Source: Deltaproteobacteria bacterium (GTDB lineage: Bacteria; Myxococcota_A; UBA9160; SMWR01). Taken from it: a stretch of 64,000 bases of DNA. The stretch lies in NCBI GenBank assembly GCA_032128115.1, contig JAQBHB010000051.1, positions 18,629-82,628 on the forward strand, read 5' to 3'. The position numbers and the translations under genes were made by a program. The notes below the pieces were generated by a model. It searched no databases and had not been told where the DNA came from. It worked only from the letters and a program-made list of their open reading frames with translations. This document shows, piece by piece, positions 32,489-40,720 of the stretch; the first letter of the stretch is position 1; each line of letters starts with the position of its first letter.

Positions 32489-34345
32489 ATGTGCGGGATC
32501 GCCGGAATCGTTGCGACCGGAGCCGGTGAACTCGTCGACGAGTCCGAGCTCCGGGTCCTGCGCGACGCGCAGCGCCACCGCGGGCCCGATGCCGAAGGCC
32601 TGTGGATCTCCTCCGACCGGCGCCTGGGCTTCGGTCACCGGCGCCTGAGCATCGTCGACCTCTCCGAGACCGGACACCAACCCATGAGCACGCCCGACGG
32701 GGCGCTCACGATGGTCTTCAATGGCGAGATCTACAACTTCGTCGCGGTGCGGCGCGAGCTCGAGGCCCTGGGCCACCGCTTCGTCTCTTCCAGCGACACC
32801 GAGGTGCTGCTGCTCGGCTACCGGCAGTGGGGTCTCGAGGAGTTGCTGGAACGCGTGCGTGGCATGTTCGCCTTCGCACTTCACGATCGCGATCGGGGCG
32901 AGACCCTGTTGGCCCGGGACCCCCTGGGCATCAAGCCCCTGTACACGGCCGAGGCCGGCGGGCGTCTGGTGTTCGCGTCCGAGGTCCAGGCCATCCGCAA
33001 GATCGCGCCGGATGGAGGCCTCGATCCCGAGGCCCTGGCCAGCTACCTGCTGTGGGGATCGATCGCCGCGCCCCGCACGCTCTACCGCGGCATCCGCGCG
33101 CTTCCGGCGGGTCACTGGCTGCGAGTGCGCGAGGGTTCTGGGGGCGAGCCGGTGGCCTACTACCGACTCGAGGACGAGCTGGGCCGCAGCGAGCCCATGA
33201 GCCCAGGGGAGGCCTCCGAATTGCTTCGCGAGGCCCTGGTGGACTCGGCGCGTCACCACCTGGTGGCCGACGTGCCGGTGGGCGCGTTCCTGTCGGGTGG
33301 CGTGGACTCGTCGGCGCTGGTGGGTCTGCTCTCCGAGGCCAAGGGCGCCTCGATCCAGACCATCAACCTGTCGTTCGACGTGAGCGGGTTGGACGAGTCG
33401 AAGCTGGCCCGGGAGGCGGCCGAACTCTACGGCGCCCGCCACCACGAGATTCCGATCCGCATCGAGGAGATCCGCGAGCGCATCCCCGATGCCGTGCGTG
33501 CCCTGGACCAGCCTTCGGTGGACGGGATCAACACCTATTTCGTGTCCGAGGCGGCCGCCAAGGCGGGGCTCAAGGTCGCGGTTTCGGGCGTGGGCGGCGA
33601 CGAGCTGTTCGGCGGCTATTCGAGCTTTACGCGGGTGCCGCGCATTCGCGCGGTCCACCGCCGGATCTCGGCGATTCCAGGGGGCGGCCGGCTGCAGCGG
33701 GCCGCGGCCGGTCTGCTCGGCCGGCTTCCGCGCTCCCCGGTCTCGGGCAAGATCGCCCGGAGTCTGGCGTACGGGGGCGACGACGCTGGCGCCTACTTCG
33801 CCGAACGGGGGATCTTTTCGCCCGCCGAGGTGAAGGCCCTGCTGGCGCCGGAGCTGGCCGAGAGCGTCGAGCGCTGCGACCCGGCTGCGGCCATGCGCGA
33901 GCGCCTGGACGTGGCATCGCTGCCCGACGACGAGCGGGTCTCGGCCCTGGAGCTTCGCCAGTATCTCGAGGTCCAGCTCCTGCGGGATACCGACGCCATG
34001 GCCATGCGGCACTCGCTCGAGGTTCGGACGCCGCTGGTGGATCGCGATCTGCTGCGGGCCGCCGCCCGGGTTCCGCCGGCCCTGCGGCGCGCCGGCCCGG
34101 CCAAGCGGCAGCTGCGGGAGGCGCCCCGGCCCCCGGTGCCCGCGGCCCTCTGGCAGCGCCGGAAGCAGGGCTTCACGCTGCCCTTCGACGCCTGGCTGCG
34201 AGGCGGCGGGGTCCCCCTGGGGCTTCCCGATCACCCCTGGCTCCGACCCGAGGCCGTGGCAGCGGTGGACCACGACTACCGCGCCGGCCGGATCCATTGG
34301 TCACGGGTCTGGGCCCTGCTCGTTCTCCAGGAATTCCTGACCTAG
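32489..34345 (+). CDS. asnB: Asparagine synthase-like glutamine amidotransferase
   Basis: MCGIAG, HRGPD, FNGEIYN, LSGGVDSS, SGVGGDELFGGY. Confidence 0.92.
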   Translation: MCGIAGIVATGAGELVDESELRVLRDAQRHRGPDAEGLWISSDRRLGFGHRRLSIVDLSETGHQPMSTPDGALTMVFNGEIYNFVAVRRELEALGHRFVSSSDTEVLLLGYRQWGLEELLERVRGMFAFALHDRDRGETLLARDPLGIKPLYTAEAGGRLVFASEVQAIRKIAPDGGLDPEALASYLLWGSIAAPRTLYRGIRALPAGHWLRVREGSGGEPVAYYRLEDELGRSEPMSPGEASELLREALVDSARHHLVADVPVGAFLSGGVDSSALVGLLSEAKGASIQTINLSFDVSGLDESKLAREAAELYGARHHEIPIRIEEIRERIPDAVRALDQPSVDGINTYFVSEAAAKAGLKVAVSGVGGDELFGGYSSFTRVPRIRAVHRRISAIPGGGRLQRAAAGLLGRLPRSPVSGKIARSLAYGGDDAGAYFAERGIFSPAEVKALLAPELAESVERCDPAAAMRERLDVASLPDDERVSALELRQYLEVQLLRDTDAMAMRHSLEVRTPLVDRDLLRAAARVPPALRRAGPAKRQLREAPRPPVPAALWQRRKQGFTLPFDAWLRGGGVPLGLPDHPWLRPEAVAAVDHDYRAGRIHWSRVWALLVLQEFLT

Positions 34346-34510
34346 CGACCCCACCTGCACACGGCCTGCACCCATGCGGACCGCTTCCGGCTCAGCTCTC
34401 CCCCCAGGGGCCCGAGTACGTGCATTTCCTGGAAAAAGGATCGGGTTTCGTGCGCTTTTCCGGTCGCCGCTGCCACCTCCCCCTGGACCGACCTTCCCAG
34501 GGAGCAATCG

Positions 34511-35749
34511 ATGGCGGCAACGAGATACGCGCAGAAGATCCTGATCGACGGGACCATGGCGGCTGGCGGCGGGGGCTTCACGTATCTGGTGAACATCCTT
34601 CCCCGCCTGGCCCGCATGTCGCCGGACACCTGCTTCCGGGTGCTGGTGCGCAGCGAACGCCTGGCCCGGGAAATCGAGGGACCTGCGAATCTCGAGATCG
34701 AGTTGCTTCCGGCCGCGGGCCTGTTGGGCCGCCTCCGCTTCACGTACCTCGAGATCCCGCGCCGGGTCGCGAGCTGGGGCGCGGACCTCTACTTCTCCGC
34801 GGGCGAGTCGGCGCCACTGTTCGCCGCGTGCCCCACGATCGCGAGCTTCCGCAACCCCAACGTGTTCACCGACATGGACCAGGGCTGGCCCTTCAAGCAG
34901 CGGATCCGCCTGGCGTTGCTGCGCGCCCTCACACGCCTGTCGGCCTGGGCCTGTGATCGCATCATGTTCGTGAGCCGCGACTCCGCCGAGTGGATCGGGA
35001 ATTCACTGGGTCTGCCCCAGGGGCGCCGATCGGTGGTGCATCACGGCATCGACCCCTCGCGTTGGCAGCAGCACGGCGAGAAGTCGCCGTCGACCTGGCC
35101 CTACATCCTCTCGGTGAGCTCGATCTATCGCTACAAGAACTTCGTGGCCCTGATCGAGGGTTATGCGGAACTGGCTCGGCGACGGCCCGAGGTTCCGGAC
35201 CTCTTGATCATCGGCGACGACCAGGACCCGGAGTATTCGCGTCAGATGCAGGAGGCCCGCCGCGCCACCGGTGACCTGGCCGAGAGGATCCAGATCCTGG
35301 GCGAGGTGCCCTACGCCGAGATCCCCGTGTACTACGCCGGTGCCGAGTTGTTCGTGTTCCCGTCGTACCTGGAGACTTTTGGTCACCCGCTGCTCGAGGC
35401 CATGGCTGCCGACCTCCCGGTGGTGGCCGCCGACATCCCCGTGTTCCGGGAGATCGGCTCCGACGCGGCGTTCTACGCCGATCCCCACGATGCCAGTTCG
35501 CTGGCCTCGGCCATGGAGGAGGCCCTGGCCCCCCAGGCCCGGGAAATGCTCGTGAAGCGCGGGCGTCTCGTGGTCGAGCACTTCAGCTGGGATCGCAGCG
35601 CCACCTCGTTGCTGGGCCTGTTCCGCGAAGTGCTGCAGGAGCAGACTGTGAAGACCAGGCAGACTGTGACGACCAGGGACCGGGCGCCGTCCACGCTCGA
35701 GGTTCCCGGCGCGCTGGCCGGCGGCTCCGTCACGCCCCTGGCCGCTTGA
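34511..35749 (+). CDS. GT4 glycosyltransferase
   Basis: YKNF, FVFPSYLETFGHPLLEAM, DIPVFRE. Confidence 0.88.
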   Translation: MAATRYAQKILIDGTMAAGGGGFTYLVNILPRLARMSPDTCFRVLVRSERLAREIEGPANLEIELLPAAGLLGRLRFTYLEIPRRVASWGADLYFSAGESAPLFAACPTIASFRNPNVFTDMDQGWPFKQRIRLALLRALTRLSAWACDRIMFVSRDSAEWIGNSLGLPQGRRSVVHHGIDPSRWQQHGEKSPSTWPYILSVSSIYRYKNFVALIEGYAELARRRPEVPDLLIIGDDQDPEYSRQMQEARRATGDLAERIQILGEVPYAEIPVYYAGAELFVFPSYLETFGHPLLEAMAADLPVVAADIPVFREIGSDAAFYADPHDASSLASAMEEALAPQAREMLVKRGRLVVEHFSWDRSATSLLGLFREVLQEQTVKTRQTVTTRDRAPSTLEVPGALAGGSVTPLAA

Positions 35750-35757
35750 CTTTCTGA

Positions 35758-35786
35758 GCTGCGCTCGCCTACGGCTCGCTGCGCGC
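35758..35786 (-). repeat. 29-bp dispersed REP-like repeat, copy 3
   Basis: Reverse complement GCGCGCAGCGAGCCGTAGGCGAGCGCAGC; convergent gap; CTGAGCTGCGCTCGC recurs at 35818-35832. Confidence 0.75.
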
Positions 35787-35790
35787 GGAC

Positions 35791-36981
35791 CTACCGTGCG
35801 TCGGTCCGCTTGCGTTCCTGAGCTGCGCTCGCTTTCGCTTCTAGCACGTCGCGGTAGATGCTGACCATGCGGTCGCCGTAGTCGTTCCACGTGAAGTTCT
35901 CGCTCACCCGGCGTCTCGCGGCCTCGCCCATCTGGGCGCACGTGTCGGGGTTCTCGTACAGGAAGCGGATCTTCTCTGCGAGGGCCTCCGCATCGCGGAT
36001 GGGCACCACGAAGCCCTCCACGCCGTCGCCGCTCAGCAGATCGGCGCCCCCGCTGTGGGTGGTGCAGATCAGCGGCAGGCCGCAGGCCATGGCTTGGGCC
36101 TGCACCACCGCCAGGCCCTCCTCGATGGAGGGGAACACGAACACGGACCCCTTCGCGTAGTAGCGGTGCAGCTCGGACACCGGCTGATAGCCCAGCAGCC
36201 GGATCCCGTGGTCGCCGCAGTTCTTCAGCAGCGGGCCCATCTCGGGCGAGACGCTGCCCAGGTGCCAGAGTTCGGCGTCGGGCAGGGCGAGGTCGCGCCA
36301 CGCCTCCAGCAGATAGGGGCCGCCCTTGCGGATGCCCAGGTTGCCGGCGTAGATCACGCGGAAGGTGTCGTCGTTCTTTGGGAGCGGCCGGAACACCTGG
36401 AGATCGACGCCCGTGTTGTTGGTCAGGATCCGGGTGGCGTCGATGCCGCGGGCGATCAGCGTGTCGCGGGCGAACGTCGAGTTGGTCTGGACGAAGTCGG
36501 CCTCTTCGTACTCGGCGAGCTGAGTGTCTACCAGGGCCGGGTGTACCTCGAAGGCGAGGCCGTGTCGGGCGTGCTCCTCCTTCAGCAACTCGATCTGCGT
36601 AAGGATGTGGGAGCTGCCGCGTACCAGCACGGAGGTGACTCCCAGGCGGTTGGCGCGGCGCAGGGCGCGCAGGGAGCTGCCGCTCCAGCCCGCGAAGAAG
36701 TCCAGGTCCTCGCGCACGTGCGCGGCGGCGAACCGGTCGTGCAGGGCGCTCACGGCGATGCGCACCCGGGGCGTGTCGAGGCGCACGCGTGCCAGGCCGG
36801 CGTTCACGGCGTGCAGGTTGTTGGAGCGGATCCTTGAACGCGGCAGATCGACGCCCACGCCGCGCTCGATCCAGCGCGTTGGATACGTGGTGACCAGCGC
36901 CGACAGCGCGTCGTGGCGGTAGAGCTGGGCGGCCAGGTGGCAGGCGTGGAAGACGCCATTGACGGAGACGCAGATCTTCAT
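35791..36981 (-). CDS. GT4 glycosyltransferase
   Basis: RKGGPYLLEAW, FVFPSIEEGLAVVQAQAMACGLP; ATGA coupling. Confidence 0.88.
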   Translation of the reverse strand: MKICVSVNGVFHACHLAAQLYRHDALSALVTTYPTRWIERGVGVDLPRSRIRSNNLHAVNAGLARVRLDTPRVRIAVSALHDRFAAAHVREDLDFFAGWSGSSLRALRRANRLGVTSVLVRGSSHILTQIELLKEEHARHGLAFEVHPALVDTQLAEYEEADFVQTNSTFARDTLIARGIDATRILTNNTGVDLQVFRPLPKNDDTFRVIYAGNLGIRKGGPYLLEAWRDLALPDAELWHLGSVSPEMGPLLKNCGDHGIRLLGYQPVSELHRYYAKGSVFVFPSIEEGLAVVQAQAMACGLPLICTTHSGGADLLSGDGVEGFVVPIRDAEALAEKIRFLYENPDTCAQMGEAARRRVSENFTWNDYGDRMVSIYRDVLEAKASAAQERKRTDAR

Positions 36982-38228
36982 CCGGCGGCCTTCCGACCGC
37001 TTCCCACCAGCCAGAGACCGCCCGCCGTGGTGGCAAAGGCGGCGGCGTAGCCGATGGAAACTGCCAGACCCACACGGGCCGCATCGGGGCTCCCCAGTGC
37101 AGCGCCGATGCAAAGAGGTGCCAGCAGGCCCGCGTACTGGGCGACGCGTCCGATCAGCAGGATACGCATCCTGTGGGTGGCCATGCAGTACATCTTGAGG
37201 GTCTCCAAGAGACTCGCCAGCACCAGGTAGCCGCTGAGTCCGATCAGCACGGACACCACCGGGCGCCATTGCTCTCCGAAGAGCCACGGGACGAACACGT
37301 CGGCAAAGACCAGGGTGATGGCGGCGGCCAGGCCGAGCGGAAGCGCTGCCAGTAGCAGCATCCGGTTGCGGGCGCGGCGCTGGGCGCGGGGATCGCCCTC
37401 GCGGCTGAACCAGTTGAGGGACAGGCGTCCCACCACTGGATCGAGCACCTGGTGGGGGACGCCCGCCAGGCGCAGGGCCTGGAAGAAGTATCCGGCTCCC
37501 ACATCGCCTGCGAACAATCCCGCCAGCAGCACCACCAGGCGTCGGAAGCTGCTGGAGAGCACCCCGTCGGCGTACAGGCCGCGCGACTGGCGCGCGATGG
37601 CCAGCCACTCCCGGGGCCGCACCCAGCGCACCGGGTACCGCGGCAGCCCGCCCAGCCAGAACAGGCCTACCAGGATCAGGACGCTCAGCACCAGCTCGCG
37701 CAGGTAGAGCGCGGTAGCGCCGTAGCCCGCGAACACCAGCGCGATCGAGAGCCCGTGGGCCAGCAGGTAGCTGCCGCCCTCGACACCGGCCAGGCCCAGG
37801 TAGCGCATGCGCCGCTCGTAGAAGGACCTGCTATTGCCCCCGAAGTGGCGCAGCAGCAGCCCGATCAGCAGCAGCGTCGTCAGCCCCGTCATGCGTCCGG
37901 TCGCCGCCAGCAGGCCTGCGCTCAGGAGCCCCACCAGCAGGGTCTCCTGCACGATCGCGCTGAAGTAGATCACCCGGGTGTCCCGGTCCAGGCGCTCGTC
38001 TTCGCTGCGGATCACCAGGGTGTTGATGCGCAGGGAGCACACGGCAAAGAACAGGGCGATGGAAGCCATGGCCAGCGCGTAGCGGCCGAACTCTGCCGGG
38101 GCGATGAAGCGCACCAGCACCAGGTTCGCAGCAAAGGCGGTGACGGCCTGAAGTGCCGTGCTCCCCATCAGGGCGGCGGCGGCGGGGATCAGGCGGCGGC
38201 GGCCCACCGAAGGGGATTCGTCGGCCAT
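36978..38228 (-). CDS. Second Wzx-type flippase
   Basis: PAEFGRYAL, many TM helices, LFGEQW. Confidence 0.78.
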   Translation of the reverse strand: MADESPSVGRRRLIPAAAALMGSTALQAVTAFAANLVLVRFIAPAEFGRYALAMASIALFFAVCSLRINTLVIRSEDERLDRDTRVIYFSAIVQETLLVGLLSAGLLAATGRMTGLTTLLLIGLLLRHFGGNSRSFYERRMRYLGLAGVEGGSYLLAHGLSIALVFAGYGATALYLRELVLSVLILVGLFWLGGLPRYPVRWVRPREWLAIARQSRGLYADGVLSSSFRRLVVLLAGLFAGDVGAGYFFQALRLAGVPHQVLDPVVGRLSLNWFSREGDPRAQRRARNRMLLLAALPLGLAAAITLVFADVFVPWLFGEQWRPVVSVLIGLSGYLVLASLLETLKMYCMATHRMRILLIGRVAQYAGLLAPLCIGAALGSPDAARVGLAVSIGYAAAFATTAGGLWLVGSGRKAAG

Positions 38229-38337
38229 CTCGATCGATGCTCCGATCGACGCTCAGGCGACCGGGGCCGCGCGTTCAGCCATCCCGTGCATTCCCCGTTC
38301 CGCCCCGGATCCCCGTGGACGCTAGACTGCGGCGATC

Positions 38338-39441
38338 GTGGGGCAGCCCCGGGTTCTCGTCAACGCGTTGTCGTGGTCGTTGGGCGGCGGGAAAACCTAT
38401 GTCCTGAACCTTATGCGCGAGCTGAGCCGCGACTCCCGGGGCTTCGAGTTCACGGTGCTGGTGGGGCAGGGTCAGCTTCCGCCAGGTATCGAGGGCGTCC
38501 AGATCGCCCGGGTGCGGCTTCCCAGGGTGCCCGGGTTGGGCGCACTGAGTCGGGTGCTCTACGAGGAGACGCTGCTTCCGTTTCGCGCCCGGGCCTATGA
38601 CCTGCTCTATTGCGTGGCCGACCTGGCGCCTGCCTTTGGCACCACGCCCACGGTGGTGGCCATGCGCAACCTCAACATCTACGACCATCGCTTCTACGAC
38701 AATCTCCGGCTGCGCACTCTCGAGCGCCTGGTGCGCCTGGGCATGCCGCGAGTGCGCCGGATCGTGTTCCCGTCCCGGGCCGCGGCCCGCCTGATCGGAG
38801 AGAAGATCCGGCTGCCCGGCGAGCGGCTGGCTGTGGTTCCCCACGGCATCTCGGCCGACTCCTTTGGCGACGCCTCGGCCTCCGAATCCGCCCCGCCGCC
38901 GTACCTCTTCCTGCCGGCGCCTCTCGAGCGACACAAGAACATGGAGATCCTGTTCGAGAGCATCCGGCACCTGCGCGATTCGGATCTCCAGGTGTGGATC
39001 GCCGGGCACGACACCACCGATCCCCCCCACGCACGGCACCTGCGCGCTCGGGTGGAGAGCCTGGGCGTGGGCGACCGGGTGCGCTTCCTGGGGCCCGTGC
39101 CGTACCGCGAGATCCTCTCGTACTACCGCGGCGCGCGGGCCCTGGTGTTCCCGTCCCTGCTGGAGACCTTCGGGCACCCGCTCCTCGAGGCCATGGTGGC
39201 TCGCACTCCGATCGTGGCATCCGACATTCCCGCCTTTCGTGAGGTGGCTGGAGAGACCGCGGTGTATTTCGACCCCCGCGACCCGAAAGCCCTGGCGAGT
39301 GCCGTGGACTCGGTGTTTTCCGATCCCCAGGCGACCCGGCGCCGGGTGGACGAGGCGGCCGAACGCGCGCGCTACTTCTCGTGGGAACGCTCCGTGGACG
39401 GACTCTGCCGCGTCTTCGAAGAGGTGCTCGCCGAAGCGTGA
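38338..39441 (+). CDS. GT4 glycosyltransferase
   Basis: HKN, LVFPSLLETFGHPLLEAM, SDIPAFRE. Confidence 0.88.
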   Translation: MGQPRVLVNALSWSLGGGKTYVLNLMRELSRDSRGFEFTVLVGQGQLPPGIEGVQIARVRLPRVPGLGALSRVLYEETLLPFRARAYDLLYCVADLAPAFGTTPTVVAMRNLNIYDHRFYDNLRLRTLERLVRLGMPRVRRIVFPSRAAARLIGEKIRLPGERLAVVPHGISADSFGDASASESAPPPYLFLPAPLERHKNMEILFESIRHLRDSDLQVWIAGHDTTDPPHARHLRARVESLGVGDRVRFLGPVPYREILSYYRGARALVFPSLLETFGHPLLEAMVARTPIVASDIPAFREVAGETAVYFDPRDPKALASAVDSVFSDPQATRRRVDEAAERARYFSWERSVDGLCRVFEEVLAEA

Positions 39442-39475
39442 GCGGCCCCTCGCGCGCGGCGCCGGGAACGGAAGA

Positions 39476-40492
39476 CTAGGGGAATAGCCAGGGAGCGATG
39501 CGACGCAGCACGAGGCTCGCGCCGAATCCCATGGCGACGGTCGCCGCGGCATAGAGCCACGACACAGCGGCATGTTCCGGGCGCCCGGCCAGCGCGTAGA
39601 GCAGGGCGAGGATCGCCGGGTTCAGGACATAGATTCCGAAGGTCTCGCGCCCCAGGCGCCGCAGGGGCGCGGAAGCCTGCCGGCGTGCCAGGCCGGGAAC
39701 CGCCAGGGCCAGCAGGGTGGTGCCCACCAGGATCGACATGCGTGCGTAGGGCAGGATCGGACCGTTCGAATCCAGCAGGGCGGCTCCGGACACCACGAGA
39801 CCCGAGGCGAGCGCCAGGCCCAGTGGCCACGCCAGGCCCGGGGCGACGCCGCCCTCTTCGGCGCGGCGCTGCTCGGCGCCCAGGAAGCCGCCCAGGCTGA
39901 AGGGGTAGAACCACAGCCAGACGGGATTCTCCCGGGCGCGACCCAGCCACTCCAGGGCCGGCCCCGCGCCGCCGGCCGCGTGCACTTCGAGGCCGGCGAT
40001 CCCCGCCACCGCGGCCAGGGCGGACACGCCAACGGCCGTCCCCGAACGCCACGCCCGTTCGGGCAGCGCGATGCCAGCCACGAAGAACACCTGCACCAGC
40101 ACCACCAGGTAGAACTGGCCCATGTACGAGCCGGTCCAGAAGTGCAGGAGAGCCGCCTTCCAGGTGAGCGCGTCGGGCACTCCGTCCCGGAGCAGCGAGA
40201 CTCCCCAGTAGAAGGCCCCGTAGAACACATGCAGGGCGAGGATCTTGCGGAAGTAGCCGGCGAGCCTTGCTCGGGGGGTGTCCCTGAATCCTGCCAGGTA
40301 GCCGGTGACGATCAGGAACAGGGGGACGGCCAGGCGCGGAATTCCCTGGATGAAGTGATCCCGGTACGCCACGGCCCCGTCCGGCGTCGCGTGGATCATC
40401 ACCACCGCGATGATGGCGAGGCCCTTCAGCTCGTCCAGGCCCGGAAGCCGGGGCGAGGTCGGCGCGGCGCACTGCGGCGCGTTGCGGTCCAT
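39476..40492 (-). CDS. Membrane acyltransferase (acyltransferase-3/OafA family)
   Basis: LDELKGLAIIAVVMIH, AVPLFLIVTGY, LGRETFGIYVL; only the 3' part of the 1239-aa ORF looks real. Confidence 0.85.
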   Translation of the reverse strand: MDRNAPQCAAPTSPRLPGLDELKGLAIIAVVMIHATPDGAVAYRDHFIQGIPRLAVPLFLIVTGYLAGFRDTPRARLAGYFRKILALHVFYGAFYWGVSLLRDGVPDALTWKAALLHFWTGSYMGQFYLVVLVQVFFVAGIALPERAWRSGTAVGVSALAAVAGIAGLEVHAAGGAGPALEWLGRARENPVWLWFYPFSLGGFLGAEQRRAEEGGVAPGLAWPLGLALASGLVVSGAALLDSNGPILPYARMSILVGTTLLALAVPGLARRQASAPLRRLGRETFGIYVLNPAILALLYALAGRPEHAAVSWLYAAATVAMGFGASLVLRRIAPWLFP

Positions 40493-40720
40493 CCAGAGCC
40501 TCCCCGGCGCGGGCGCAAACGCTAGGGCATCCCCCGCGGACGGGCCAAGCCGCCGGCGCGATTGCGCTATGATCGGGCTCCTCAAAAGCGCGTAAACCCC
40601 GAGTCGACTTCCCCTCCATGGCCGATCGATGCTCTGGTGTCTTGAAGCCCGATCCGATCGCGAGACGACCGTTGCGGGTGCAATGATCTTGCGGGCGGAT
40701 TCCAGCGCGGGGGCGAGCCC

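Noticed and set aside
32489..34345. AsnB as housekeeping asparagine synthase or lasso-peptide cyclase
   Set aside because: Intact glutaminase domain among GT genes; no lasso precursor or peptidase seen; glycan amidation more likely
15405..35786. CRISPR array from the 29-bp repeats
   Set aside because: Copies are kilobases apart, in both orientations, with no spacers or cas genes
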